A DNA stretch of 63,345 nt, filler included. It is 7 parts of 7 records of this genome, joined end to end, with 100 filler letters (N's around TTAATTAATTAA, not from the genome) between each part and the next. Parts side by side here need not be neighbours in the genome. Positions count along the whole stretch, not along the records: positions 8,921 to 25,148 come from SRR20825019_1980; positions 25,249 to 33,964 come from SRR20825019_1983; 5 more parts are not named here. One strand, given 5' to 3'. Below the pieces are notes generated by a model. It was not told the origin of the DNA and made no database searches. It was given only the letters and a program-made list of their open reading frames with translations. Numbering within the stretch: position 1 is the stretch's first letter; each line of letters starts with the position of its first letter. Positions 18,962 to 30,243 of this stretch are shown here, in pieces. The position numbers and the translations under genes are program-made.

Positions 18962-21673
18962 CTATAATCTCTTGTCGCTTTCTCTACGTTTATCGTATTT
19001 AATATCGCTAAGCACTGACGATTTTATTCCAACAAAGAAATACCAAGCCGTATTGATGCTGCCAATTGGCGTCCAATTAAAGCTCATTTGCCAGCTTTCT
19101 AAATCTCGCTGAAAACGAAATTGTGTTAATGTAACACCTTTATTTTTAAAATCATACCCAGAAGAAACACCTACTGTCCATCGTGGTGCAAGCTCAAGGT
19201 TGGTGCTCATCATAAACGATTGACTTGAAATTTCATTTTGACGTTGGTTGTTACCATACGTAATGGTATAGGCAAAACGTACATCCCACGGAATGGTGTA
19301 ATTATACCATTCTACATCCGTTTTATCCTTGTCATCCTCATCGTCCTCTTTATAGATTCGACCGTCATAAATGTCTGAAGATTCACCAAATAAATCATCG
19401 GGTCTACCACCATTTCGGAAGGTTTCATTATCTACACCAGTATCTTTTCCAGAGCTTTCAAGGTCTTTACTTGAAAAAGAGTAGTTGATGCTCACATTTG
19501 CATTTGTTAATCTGAAAAGACTTCCGCCGTTGTCAATATTAAACACATCGATTTTTTTATTAGTATTATCCAGCGCATACGGGTCTAATGTTCCACTGAA
19601 ATTAAAATCGAGTTTATTTACAATAGGAATACTTCCAGTAAAGCGCAATGGGCTCCAGTTTAACGAATCACCCGCTAAGTTATAGGCTGTTGAAAAGTTT
19701 AAATTATTTAGTAGAATTACCTTTTTAGGCTCTTTAGCAAGCGTATCACGATCGCGTACTTTGGCTTCAAAAGTATTGCTTAGGGAAAAACCTACATTGC
19801 TAGAATACACTTTCCCAGGCGCTCCGTACAGCGTGTTTTCAAAACGAGAATACGAAACAGTTTCACCAGCAGATTCTTCAGCTGTTAACGGAATTTGAAA
19901 TTCGTCGTAATACCTATCAAAAGCAGGGTTGATGTTGTAGCTTATGGATGGGCGAACCACATGGCGAATGGCTTGTATTTTCTTCTCTTTTCCGAAGTTA
20001 AAAAGTCCGTAAAGTGTAGTTCCTAAGCTAGTTGAAAAATTATAAGTCCGGTAGCTTTCAAAACCAGAAACAGTATCCTGAACAACGCCTCCAATTCCAT
20101 CTAAAGCAGTTTCATCATAACGTTTTCGTGTGCTTTTAAGCACCCATGTTTCCTTAAAATTTGTTCCAGCGGAAGCGCTTAAATATTTTAGTACTTTGAA
20201 GTTTGTTGTAATGGGTATATTGTGTTGCGCGCCAATCTGTGCGTCATTAAACATTTCCGACTTAAAGAAAAGTGAATCGGTGGTTTCAATTCTATTTTCC
20301 GCAGCTACGTCATATTGAAAGTTTATATTCTGAAAAATACCTTTTTTAATTCCGTTTTTTGGAGCAAATGGATAAATTCTTGAAACACTTACATTCATAT
20401 TTGGCAAGGACATTGAAATAGCATTTGTTTGCGTATTCTGTCTGTGTGTAGCAGCAAGTGTAAGGTTTATTTGGGGATCGCCTTCAAAGGTTTTGGCATA
20501 TGAAATTGATGAACTTAAGGTGTTTACTAGCGCACTCGCGTTATTTGTTTGGTTAATAGATTCATTAAAATATTGACTACTTCCTAAGTTTACAGAAGCA
20601 GAAAAGCGTGAATTTGGATTGCTTTTTGGATCTTGTGTATGTGTCCATCGAATGTTATAAACACTACTTTCACTAAAACCAGGAAAACCTCTTTCTTCCT
20701 CTACAAGGCTTTCAAACCGCGCACTTATATTTCCTCTAAATTTATATTTTAAAACATAAGCAGATTCTCCACGAAGTGCATAACTACCATTGGTGTAATA
20801 ATCGCCCAAAAGTGTTAAATCTAAATAATCATTAATAGCGAAATAATATCCGCCATTCTGAAAGAAAAACCCACGATTATTATTCTGTCCAAAAGAAGGT
20901 ATAATAAACCCTGAAGTGCGTTCTTCAGTTAAAGGAAAATAGGCAAACGGCAATCCAATTGGAGTGGGTACATCGGCAATATACATATTTGTAAGCCCTG
21001 TAACGATTTTCTTTTTAGGCACAAACTTGGCTTTTCGTGTATAAAAATAGTATTCAGGATCGTCTATGTTTTTTGAAGTAGTAAACTTTACATTTCGAAG
21101 ATAAACAACGGAGTCGTTTACTTTTTTAGTTACTTCAGCAATCACATTAAAGCCATTTTGTTCTGTTCGGCTATTAAAAACCAAGGCTTTTTCTGAATCA
21201 AAATTATACCGAATGGAATCAGGTTCTACTTTGTTGGTGCCTTGCACAAAAATAGGGCGTTGGCTATAGGTTCCTGCGCTGTCAATTCCTTTAGCGTAGA
21301 CTTCGTTTTTATTGTAATCTAAAATTATCAAACCTGCGTCAATACGCATATCTTCATAAATAATATATGCATTATTATACATATATACTTTGTTTTCTTT
21401 TCTATTGAGAAGCACATAATCTTCTCCATAATAATCCACAATATTTGTTAGTGTTTCCTTGGGTGGTTTTATGGAATCAGATTTTATAGTGTCTTGGTTT
21501 TTTTCATTAATTTCTTCAACAATAGGTTTTAGGTTTACAGAAAGCGTATCATCTTTTGTAGTTTTTAAAATAGTGGCTTCATTTTTTGGAGGAATGTCCT
21601 GTGCGTGCAAAACACCACCGCTAATAAGCAGGAATGTTAAGAAAATTGTTAAGTAATGCCTATGTGTCTGCAA
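18962..21673 (-). CDS. lptD: LPS-assembly protein LptD (Bacteroidota type)
   Basis: GFFFQNGGYYF, FQRDLESW and SVLSDIKYDKR motifs. TTG at 21673 gives a clean signal peptide (MQTHRHYLTIFLTFLLISGGVLHA/QD); the alternative start is TTG 21724. Confidence 0.88.
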   Translation of the reverse strand: MQTHRHYLTIFLTFLLISGGVLHAQDIPPKNEATILKTTKDDTLSVNLKPIVEEINEKNQDTIKSDSIKPPKETLTNIVDYYGEDYVLLNRKENKVYMYNNAYIIYEDMRIDAGLIILDYNKNEVYAKGIDSAGTYSQRPIFVQGTNKVEPDSIRYNFDSEKALVFNSRTEQNGFNVIAEVTKKVNDSVVYLRNVKFTTSKNIDDPEYYFYTRKAKFVPKKKIVTGLTNMYIADVPTPIGLPFAYFPLTEERTSGFIIPSFGQNNNRGFFFQNGGYYFAINDYLDLTLLGDYYTNGSYALRGESAYVLKYKFRGNISARFESLVEEERGFPGFSESSVYNIRWTHTQDPKSNPNSRFSASVNLGSSQYFNESINQTNNASALVNTLSSSISYAKTFEGDPQINLTLAATHRQNTQTNAISMSLPNMNVSVSRIYPFAPKNGIKKGIFQNINFQYDVAAENRIETTDSLFFKSEMFNDAQIGAQHNIPITTNFKVLKYLSASAGTNFKETWVLKSTRKRYDETALDGIGGVVQDTVSGFESYRTYNFSTSLGTTLYGLFNFGKEKKIQAIRHVVRPSISYNINPAFDRYYDEFQIPLTAEESAGETVSYSRFENTLYGAPGKVYSSNVGFSLSNTFEAKVRDRDTLAKEPKKVILLNNLNFSTAYNLAGDSLNWSPLRFTGSIPIVNKLDFNFSGTLDPYALDNTNKKIDVFNIDNGGSLFRLTNANVSINYSFSSKDLESSGKDTGVDNETFRNGGRPDDLFGESSDIYDGRIYKEDDEDDKDKTDVEWYNYTIPWDVRFAYTITYGNNQRQNEISSQSFMMSTNLELAPRWTVGVSSGYDFKNKGVTLTQFRFQRDLESWQMSFNWTPIGSINTAWYFFVGIKSSVLSDIKYDKRRESDKRL

Positions 21674-21694
21674 TGCTACGATGCTATTATTTTG

Positions 21695-21702
21695 TAGATT
21701 TG
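21695..21702 (+). promoter_or_regulatory. Bacteroidota -7 promoter element for the amidase gene
   Basis: TAGATTTG about 100 nt upstream of the ATG at 21804. Confidence 0.55.
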
Positions 21703-21803
21703 GCTCAATATTTGAAACGGTCAAAAATAAACATATTTTTTCGGGTACGTTTTTTTAAATCATTTTTTTGAAACATCAAATTTTATTAATCATTATAAGA
21801 TAT

Positions 21804-22925
21804 ATGAAAACGAATATTTTTTCTTCTTTCGTATTAATAATTAGTCTTTTACTAGCTACAAGTATTTCCATAGCTGCTGAAAAACCTACAAAACCTTTTG
21901 TTGTTGTTTTAGATGCAGGGCACGGAGGCCATGACCACGGTAACAAAGGTAATGGCTATAAAGAATCAGAAATAGCTCTTAACATAGTTTTAAAGGTAGG
22001 CGCCGAACTTGAGAAACTTCCAAATATAAAAGTTATATACACACGTAAAACGGATGTTTTTATCGAATTGCGTGAACGTGCCGCAATTGCAAATAAGGCA
22101 GATGCCGATCTTTTTGTATCGGTACATTGTAATGCGCACCACTCCGATGCTTACGGCGCGGAAACTTTTGTGCTTGGGTTGCATAAAAGTCAAGCGAACT
22201 TTGAGGTTGCTAAAAAAGAAAATGAAGTAATCTATCTGGAAGAAAACTATCAAGAAAAGTATGGTGGGTTCGATCCTAATGCTCCAGAATCGTTGATAGG
22301 CATGGTGTTAATGCAAGAAGAATACTTAGATCAGAGTATTTTATTAGCCAGTTTGGTACAGAATAATGTAATAAATAACTTAAAACGTAAAGACAGAAGC
22401 GTTAAACAAGCAGGTTTTTGGGTACTTCACAATACGTATATGCCGAGTGTTTTAATTGAAACTGGTTTTTTAACTAATAAAAGTGAAGGAGCTTATTTAA
22501 ATTCTGCCAAAGGACAAACGGAAATGGCTCGCGAAATAGAAAATGCGATTGAAAGTTATATTAAAAGTATTTCGGTAAGCATTGAAAAACTAAAAGATCC
22601 AGAGATTGAGCATATTCAGGTTGAAAAAGTAATAGAAACTACCAAAGAAAATGTTTTTGATGGCGTAATTTTTAAGGTGCAATTAGCTGCTAGCAGTAGA
22701 AAGTTAGACCCTAAACCAAGTAATTTCAAAGGTTTAAAAGAAGTTACACGAGATAAAGAAGATGGACTTTTTAAATATTATTACGGGGAAACATCCGATT
22801 ATAATAAAATTCAAGTAATGAAAACTTTTGTTCAGCAAAAAGGCTATCCATCTGCTTACATAGTTGCATTTAAAAAAGGAAAAAAAGTTAATCTTCCTGA
22901 AGTGTTAAAATCGAAAGGCATTTAA
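21804..22925 (+). CDS. N-acetylmuramoyl-L-alanine amidase (Amidase_3) with a C-terminal SPOR-like domain
   Basis: Signal peptide; LDAGHGGHD, FVSVHCNA and PSVLIETGF motifs; C-terminal FKVQLAAS...YKYYYG-like region. Confidence 0.93.
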   Translation: MKTNIFSSFVLIISLLLATSISIAAEKPTKPFVVVLDAGHGGHDHGNKGNGYKESEIALNIVLKVGAELEKLPNIKVIYTRKTDVFIELRERAAIANKADADLFVSVHCNAHHSDAYGAETFVLGLHKSQANFEVAKKENEVIYLEENYQEKYGGFDPNAPESLIGMVLMQEEYLDQSILLASLVQNNVINNLKRKDRSVKQAGFWVLHNTYMPSVLIETGFLTNKSEGAYLNSAKGQTEMAREIENAIESYIKSISVSIEKLKDPEIEHIQVEKVIETTKENVFDGVIFKVQLAASSRKLDPKPSNFKGLKEVTRDKEDGLFKYYYGETSDYNKIQVMKTFVQQKGYPSAYIVAFKKGKKVNLPEVLKSKGI

Positions 22926-22949
22926 TGTGCTTTCTTTATATTTATCATT

Positions 22950-22957
22950 TAAATTTG
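22950..22957 (+). promoter_or_regulatory. Bacteroidota -7 promoter element for mlaD
   Basis: TAAATTTG 23 nt upstream of the TTG at 22981. Confidence 0.6.
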
Positions 22958-22980
22958 TTTAAAAATCTAAAACCACACAC

Positions 22981-23931
22981 TTGAAACTATCAAAGGAAGT
23001 AAAAACTGGGATTCTTGCTATTGGAGCCATATTATTATTAATTTTTGGCTACAGTTTTTTGAAAGGCACGAATTTATTAGACAAAAATCGTGAGTTTTTT
23101 GTGAAATACGATAACGTTGAAGGATTGGCACAAGCTGCTCCTGTAACTATTAACGGACTTACAGTAGGGAAGGTTCAGGAAATTTCATTTGCTAATTCTA
23201 AAGGGGGATTAATTGTGAAGTTTTCAGTAGAAAAAGATTTCGATTTTTCAAAAAATAGTGTAGTAAGAATATACAGCACAGGACTTATTGGTGGAAAATC
23301 ATTAGGAATTTTTCCAGAATACGATATAAATAATATTGCTAAAAATGGCGATACACTTCGTGGCGATGTTGAAGATGGAATGTTAACTGCCGTAACAAAA
23401 GCTCTTGGCCCATTAGAAAAGAAAGTAAACAATACCTTAGCTACAGTTGATACACTTCTATTAAGTGTAAACGCTATTGTTGATGAAAAAACACGTCAAA
23501 ATTTAAAAGAAGCGATAGAAAATCTCAATAAAACCTTGAATTCATTTTCAGGAGTTTCTGAAAATCTAAACCATATTCTTGCTACAAATACAGGGAAATT
23601 AGATAATACTTTTACAAATTTAGACAAGACCGCAGGAAATCTTTCTAAACTTACAGATTCCTTAGCACAGCTTGAAACAGGGAAATTGGTTACAAACCTT
23701 CAAAGCGTTGTCGATAAAATGGACAATATTGTTTCAGGTATTGATAATGGTGACGGTTCCATAGGAAAGCTTTTAAAGGACGATAAACTTTATGAAAATT
23801 TAGAAGGAGCTTCAAGACAATTAGAACAGCTTCTTCAAGATGTTAAGCTAAACCCGAAACGATACGTTCACATTTCTGTTTTTGGTAAAAAAAATAAAGA
23901 ATACGAAACTCCAGACAACCCAGAAAAATAG
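22981..23931 (+). CDS. mlaD: MlaD/MCE family protein
   Basis: KEVKTG anchor, GL...APVTINGLTVGKV MCE motif, helical tail ending DVKLNPKRYVHISVF. Confidence 0.92.
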   Translation: MKLSKEVKTGILAIGAILLLIFGYSFLKGTNLLDKNREFFVKYDNVEGLAQAAPVTINGLTVGKVQEISFANSKGGLIVKFSVEKDFDFSKNSVVRIYSTGLIGGKSLGIFPEYDINNIAKNGDTLRGDVEDGMLTAVTKALGPLEKKVNNTLATVDTLLLSVNAIVDEKTRQNLKEAIENLNKTLNSFSGVSENLNHILATNTGKLDNTFTNLDKTAGNLSKLTDSLAQLETGKLVTNLQSVVDKMDNIVSGIDNGDGSIGKLLKDDKLYENLEGASRQLEQLLQDVKLNPKRYVHISVFGKKNKEYETPDNPEK

Positions 23932-23934
23932 ACC

Positions 23935-25148
23935 ATGCAGTACATCCCGAATTTACTTTTTATAATAGCACTTGCAGCGGGTATTGGTTATTTTACCAGC
24001 AACATCCGAAAAATAATTCGCAACATTAAGTTAGGGCAGGAAGTGGATGCTTCCGATAATGTAGTCCAAAGGTGGAAAAATGTAGCGCTTATAGCCCTTG
24101 GACAATCAAAAATGGTTGTAAGACCCATACCTGGTTTATTACATATTATAGTATATCTTGGGTTTGTAATAATCAATATTGAAGTAATCGAAATTATTAT
24201 CGATGGAATTTTCGGTACACACCGCGTTCTTTCTGGAATACTTCCTGTTGGAGTATACAACTTTTTAATAGCATCCTTCGAAATATTAGCATTGCTTGTT
24301 TTACTAGGAGTAATCGTTTTTTGGACACGAAGAAATATTCAAAAATTAAAACGATTTTGGGCAAACGAAATGAAAGGTTGGCCAAAAAGCGACGGAAATA
24401 TTATTTTATATTTTGAAATGGTCTTAATGATTTTATTTCTTACAATGAATGCTGCCGACCAATCTTTACAAGCCATGGGTGCCGCACATTATGTGGAAGC
24501 TGGATCATTTCCTATAAGTCAATATATAGTACCATTTTTTAGTAATTTTTCAGAAGGAACATTAATTATTATTGAACGTAGCGCATGGTGGCTTCATATA
24601 TTGGGGATACTGGCTTTTCTTAATTATTTGTATTTTTCAAAACACCTTCATATTATGTTGGCTTTTCCAAATGTTTACTTCGGAAAAGTGGTTCCAAAAG
24701 GGCAATTCAAAAACCTTGATTCTGTTACAAATGAAGTGAAAATGATGATGGATCCAAGTATAGATCCGTTTGCAGCTCCTGCTGAAGACGCTACAGCAGC
24801 CCCAGCAAAATTTGGAGCAAGCGATGTAATGGATTTAAATAGAATTCAATTACTAAATGCATATACCTGTACTGAATGTGGTCGTTGTACCAGTGAATGC
24901 CCAGCAAACATTACAGGTAAGAAACTTTCACCTAGAAAAATAATGATGGATACTCGCGACCGTTTGGAAGAAGTTGGGAATAACATCAATAAAAATGGGG
25001 GGTTTAAACCAGACGGAAAACAACTTTTAGACGATTATATAACGCGGGAAGAACTTTGGGCGTGTACAAGCTGTAACGCCTGTGTAGAAGCTTGCCCTGT
25101 GAGTATTGACCCGTTGAGTATTATTATGGATATGCGTCAGTATTTAGT
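23935..25148 (+). CDS. Membrane-bound (Fe-S)-binding oxidoreductase, FadF/HdrD-like (3' truncated)
   Basis: TM domain with SKHLH; two 4Fe-4S motifs, CTECGRCTSECP and CTSCNACVEACP. Confidence 0.9.
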
Positions 25149-25248
25149 NNNNNNNNNNNNNNNNNNNNNNNNNNNNNNNNNNNNNNNNNNNNTTAATTAA
25201 TTAANNNNNNNNNNNNNNNNNNNNNNNNNNNNNNNNNNNNNNNNNNNN
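25149..25248. other. Artificial contig-joining spacer
   Basis: N44-TTAATTAATTAA-N44. Confidence 0.99.
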
Positions 25249-25301
25249 CACCGCGGCACCGCGGCACCGCGGCACCGCACCGCGGCACGGCACTGCACCG
25301 G
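25249..25301 (+). repeat. Degenerating tandem 8-mer (CACCGCGG)n at the contig start
   Basis: Three perfect CACCGCGG units followed by decayed copies. Confidence 0.8.
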
Positions 25302-26183
25302 CCGGGCGGCGGCGGCCCGGCGCCGCCGGCCCCGGCGCCCGGCGGGGGGTGCCGCCGGGCGTGCACCGCCGTTACGAGTAATTTGGCTGTCACGAGCCCT
25401 TATCCGTGATGTATATTACATTACCGATATGTATCTATATTTAGAAATAGAACCAGTGTTGTTGATGAATGTCAATTAAATTTACTTCGAGGATGGGAAG
25501 ATGATTTTGGCACAAACCTCGCGGCGAGGGCAGAAAACGGACGTGCTGAGCCGGTCGGGCGCTCGGCGGCTGGGCGGCGCTGAGCCGGACGCGTGCCCGC
25601 GGCGGGGCGGCCCCCCGGGCCACCACCGAGGACTCAGACACCCCCGGCGCCGGCCGGCCGGGTGCGTGAGCTCCCCGGCCGGGCGCTGGACCCTGCGGTG
25701 GGGCCGACCGCCGCCGGCAGTTGGGAGTCATCGCTATCAAGCGCGGGGACCTTGGCCGCTTACCGTCGTGTGGGCCCGGGCGCCCGGTACCCGGCCCGGC
25801 CGGGCCCCCCGCAGCGGCTGCGCCGGCCCAGTGGCCGCGGCCCGCGCCGACGGCCCAACCCCGGCCGGGCGCTCGTGAGGCCCAGTGAGCTCACTGCACG
25901 ACGTCCACGTAAGCGGGCAGACCGCAGAGGTTCGCCGCTAGCTAGTGGTGGTCGGGAGGGTCATGAGGGCAGCAGTCCAAAGCGCCCAGTTGAGCGTACA
26001 TAAAGGTACACAGCAAATAGGCACTGCAAAGGCCGCGTCGCTCGCTAGGCCAAACGGAAACCACGTTGTAAAGCCTGCAAAGTAAGTTTGGTGCGATACC
26101 CGTGATGGGATTTGCGGTCTATGTTTTATTAGTAGTAGTGGCGTTCCTATAAACTCACCTGAGTTCTATTTTTTTCAGCAGCC

Positions 26184-26515
26184 ATGGGAATATTTGGGAA
26201 GAAGAACGGAGACGAAGAGAAGGGCAAGGTAGAAGACTTCAAGGTCAGTGATGCTGAAGAGGTAGTTACAGAAGCTTCCGAGGCTGGTGCACTAGTGAGT
26301 ACAAAGGAGTACGGTGTACAACTTGAAGTCCCTCCGTTCATTCCTGAAGTGGTAAGCTTATCGTTCGTCTCTCCTCCTGATTGGCAATAACACTTACGCA
26401 GCGGAGAACTGGAATCGGGTTTTGTGGGTTGGCATGCGGTGCAGTGATACTGGCCACGAGCTGTTTGTCGCTGGGGCTATCAATTGGAGCGCTGGCAGTA
26501 GCCCTGTCCAAGTAG
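26184..26515 (+). CDS. Small (93 aa) tail-anchored membrane protein, 2 coding exons
   Basis: Exons 26184-26351 and 26402-26515, separated by a GTAAGC...CAG intron of 50 nt. Acidic N-half, C-terminal TM GIGFCGLACGAVILATSCLSLGLSIGALAVALSK*. Probable 5'UTR intron 26082-26178. Confidence 0.7.
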
Positions 26516-26783
26516 ACCTGATATGGTGCGGCAGTGAGGCATGCGTTTGTTACTATGCGAGTCGAAGCTCGAAGCGTGTTAGACTGGAGGACCGGGTGAA
26601 GCCACCGAGTTCTCTCTGTAATACAAGATATAGAAGTCCCATGGTAGTAAGTGTCCGATTTATCTATGTGCCTCTGCGAACGGATAGCTCGTAAGCACCG
26701 ATCGATCTTTCTATTAGCTGCAGCATTTCATCTCTTCCAAGCAAGAGCTTGAACTTGGGCTGGAACAAAATATTAGTGACCAA

Positions 26784-29269
26784 TTATCCCTTCCGAAAGC
26801 TTACGCGGGTTACCTTCACCGGTGGTTCCACGATGAAGTCGTGCGACAAGGATTTTGTTGGCTGGGTAGGGTCAACCTCGTCGGCCCTGAGAAGGTTGCG
26901 CGCATTTTCGATGCGTTGACGCTCCTTCTCCTCCTCCTCCCATCGAACATAGTCCGCTTCGAATTGTTTCATGGCTCGGCTTTGGGCGGCACGGCGAACA
27001 TTCAGAGTTTTCCAAAGAGTAGGGTTTCGAACAATCATAGACTCCGAGTCCACTTGATTCTTGGGTGATTTTTTGGCAACACCCACACTGGACTTGTTGC
27101 TCTACATCTCAAGGTGTGAGGTTACTACAGAACACATCTAGATAACATACCTCGGCACCGAAACGCTTGTGAATGTAAGTAGGTAGGAGGCGGTCCCATT
27201 GCACACACAACACCGCATGCCGTGCTGCCTGCAAATTTTTGTAGTTCCTCCAGGCTTTTTGAATTCCTTCAAAGAGGATGAGTATGATACAGGGACAACA
27301 GCTATGCTGGACTTACGGATGATTTTGAACCGGAAGCTCTTCATTAGGAGAACTATACTCTTAGAGTCACTCACTCCCGTCAGGAACATTTTCAGAATCT
27401 TCGCAGCCCATTCCTTTCTCTGTTGCCTCCTCAATTTGAAGAAACGATATACCACTGATGCTGTATCTCAGTATCCTCGAGCGCAAATTAAGATATGGAC
27501 CTTACCACTGCATATCACGTGCACAGCATTCTTTTTGCGGCGGAGTTCCTTCTGAGCCAGGTGCCGACGGAAGTTTGCTTGAAGCCGTAGAACCATCATC
27601 CGTACACCTGCCATGCTCTTGTTGAAGCTTCCCTTATGTTCCTTGAGAGCATAAAACCATAGCGATGCCCTCGTTGCCAGGGCAACATATACAATCCACT
27701 TCGTTCCCTGATTGATGCGCTGGATGCGGTACTCCTCGGCCAAAAGTCCTTCCTTCTCCTTTTGTTCACGAATGTCCTGCAAGCCAGTTTAGGCATCCTC
27801 AAGCGTGGAGGGCTCGGACCACATTACCTTCCGCATACTCAGCAAATATTTCCGATTGATCTCATCTTGGCGCCGCGCAAGGTACCGATCTTGCACCTCA
27901 AAAATATGATCTTGGTGCCTTTGCAACTAATACAATGAAACACATTAGGGAATCCTCCCAATCACCAAATATAGTCGAGATTGTGTACCTTAGCGCCCCG
28001 CATTGCTCGGTAAATGTCTGGCTGATAAAGTACAAATGCCTCGGCCTTGTTCTCTCTAACTAAATCTCTGCCTCCAGCCAGCTTTTTCATGTCTGCCTTC
28101 TTCTGTACATTGTGGGCTCGAATGCGCCGCTGGAATTCTTCATACTCGTCAGTGCTGTCCTTCAGATGTGATAGTTTGGTTCGTAAGGTGGCCGCACTCC
28201 CATATACGTTTGGGGCAAGGAGGAACTTTTCGAGAGTGGACTTCCCCTCCAGCTAGTAGCGATTGAGCAGCAATTCACGATCATGAAAACAACCACCTAA
28301 ACCCTTACCTCCTTCATTTTTGAGAGTGACTCCATGGCGGCCACTGTCTCGTTCGTGTCGTATATGGATACCTTATTGCTTTCTCTTATATCAGTTGCCG
28401 TAGCCATCCCCGATCGGAGCTGGCTATATCTCGTCCCACGCTCACTCAGTGATCCGGCCCCACCCGCTGCCGAACGCGATGGCAACGGTCCGTGGGAGGA
28501 ACCCTTTCCCTAGGTCAGCCCATTGTACATCACCATATATCCAAAGACTTACCCTGAGGCTTGTGAACTTATCAAATGCACCTTCGTCATCCACCATGTT
28601 GTCCATTTGACTGAGCTTCAGCACAGGCACACCAGCTCCTGATCCGCTCATGCCTTCGTATGCACTTTGCTGATCCATGCTCAATCTCTCACTCTGCCTC
28701 TGCTCTCGCTCCATGGAGAAGCGCGATGTTCTTTGGCTTAGCTTGATGTCTCCTGCTTGTGAAGTTGCCAGAACAGGCTGGTCAAAGGGGGATGAGAACT
28801 CTATCACTACCAACCCTCAGCGGAATGGATACACATACCTGAGGGCGGCCGGACGTCGCCACCGCCATCAACCCCCTCTGTGGTTCTTGTGGCCTCTTCT
28901 TTTTGGGGGGTCGTGGCTGATGAAAACTGCCATCTTCACCGAAATATACTTGTGCATTTATCGTTTCTTCTATGCCCGGTTGCCTTTGATTCTTCGCCTG
29001 ATTTATGAGCTCCTGCCCTATTGTGAGACCCTTTTCACAGATGTCCTAGCATAACGAACCTGGATCCTTGTTTTGTTATCCTCGAGCTCTCTTTCTCCAG
29101 TATAAGATTCTAGCTCCATTTGGCGTTTCGTCTCCATGACATCAATTCTACCCCATTTTGAGTGACCAGCAAATATGCGCAGAGGGTTCTGCGGCAACTT
29201 CTTCAGCAGCTGGCTCAAGGGTATGCCCTCACTTTCCCCTAGGTTGGAAAAAAGCTGGGTTTTCTGCAT
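26784..29269 (-). CDS. Multi-exon coiled-coil/IQ-motif protein of unknown function
   Basis: About 10 exons join in frame through canonical GT-AG introns of ~43-62 nt; IQ-like motifs LQANFRRHLAQK and IQKAWRNYK. Confidence 0.7.
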
Positions 29270-30243
29270 TGCTTATGACTCGCGAAAGGCCTCAAAAAGC
29301 CAAGCCACACTAGTATGGTATGAATCTCGTTGTCCACCAAGATATATGGACTGGCTGCACCTGGCCGTGAAGGCACCAAGATCGAGCGGTGTCACTGCTT
29401 CCGGCGTATGAGTGGCGTGGCCTCGCCACCACGACGATGCAGTTCAGTGCAGTGTGGATCCCACAGACGAGCGGGTGTTGGTGCACTGGTTACGTAGCAA
29501 AGCATGTGTGACTTGGTCGGCGTGGTGTCGACGACATCCCTGCCCTATCGCAGAGCCGAAGAGGTGGCTGTTGTCAGGCTTGCGGCATTAGTTGGCAGAG
29601 GTGGCCGGCTGCCACGGCTGGACAAGCAGGTGGGCCAACACCGGGAGAGGGCCGGCCGGTCGGAGCCGACGAGCCGCCAGCTCCCGCTCGCACGCGCACT
29701 GGGACCCCCACACTGAGCAGTCGTGACCTCAAGCCGCACTCCACCAATAGCCTACTTGACCACGACACTCGAGGTCGTCAGGGCTGAGTTGACTGGCGAT
29801 AGGAGTGTGGGCCGGGGCCGCGGACCGTGAGAGTGGCCGGCGGTGGTAGTGCGCGAGCCGAGTGTACCTGTGGAGTAACGCACCACAAACCGAACGTTAG
29901 GGCGCACGATTACAAGACATAATTGACACATATAAATTTAATATCTCAAAGTAGTGAGTTATCGTGATATACCAGGAACAATGGCTTTGGACCGAGCCTC
30001 CCCCCCGGCGGGCGCTGCGGCCCGCCGGGCGCCGGCCGGGCGCCACCACCCCGGCTCCGCCCCCCCCCCGGGGCCACACGGAAGCCCGGCCATGTCATGG
30101 CGGCCGCCGCCGGCCTTTCTGCCCCGGACCCGGTCATCCCAGCCCGGCGCCGCGGCCGCACCAGCCCGGCATGCTGAAGGACCAAAAAAAATCAACCCTA
30201 TATAGTACTGAATACTTCCACTCTTGGCTAGACTTACTTAAAA
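29270..30243. promoter_or_regulatory. Divergent intergenic region with a GC-extreme block
   Basis: 30001-30170 is ~86% GC by hand count and the adjacent 29911-29970 is ~25% GC; lies between two head-to-head genes. Confidence 0.6.

Noticed and set aside
25249-25301. (CACCGCGG)n as a telomere or CRISPR repeat
   Set aside because: It has no spacers, decays after three units, is unlike known telomere repeats, and no cas genes are present.
25501-26003. Arg/Pro/Gly/Ala-rich ORFs in the GC blocks (also 29897-30302, 31973-32574 and 49109-49485)
   Set aside because: Stop-codon scarcity at ~85% GC explains them; they are open in several frames on both strands and match no motif.
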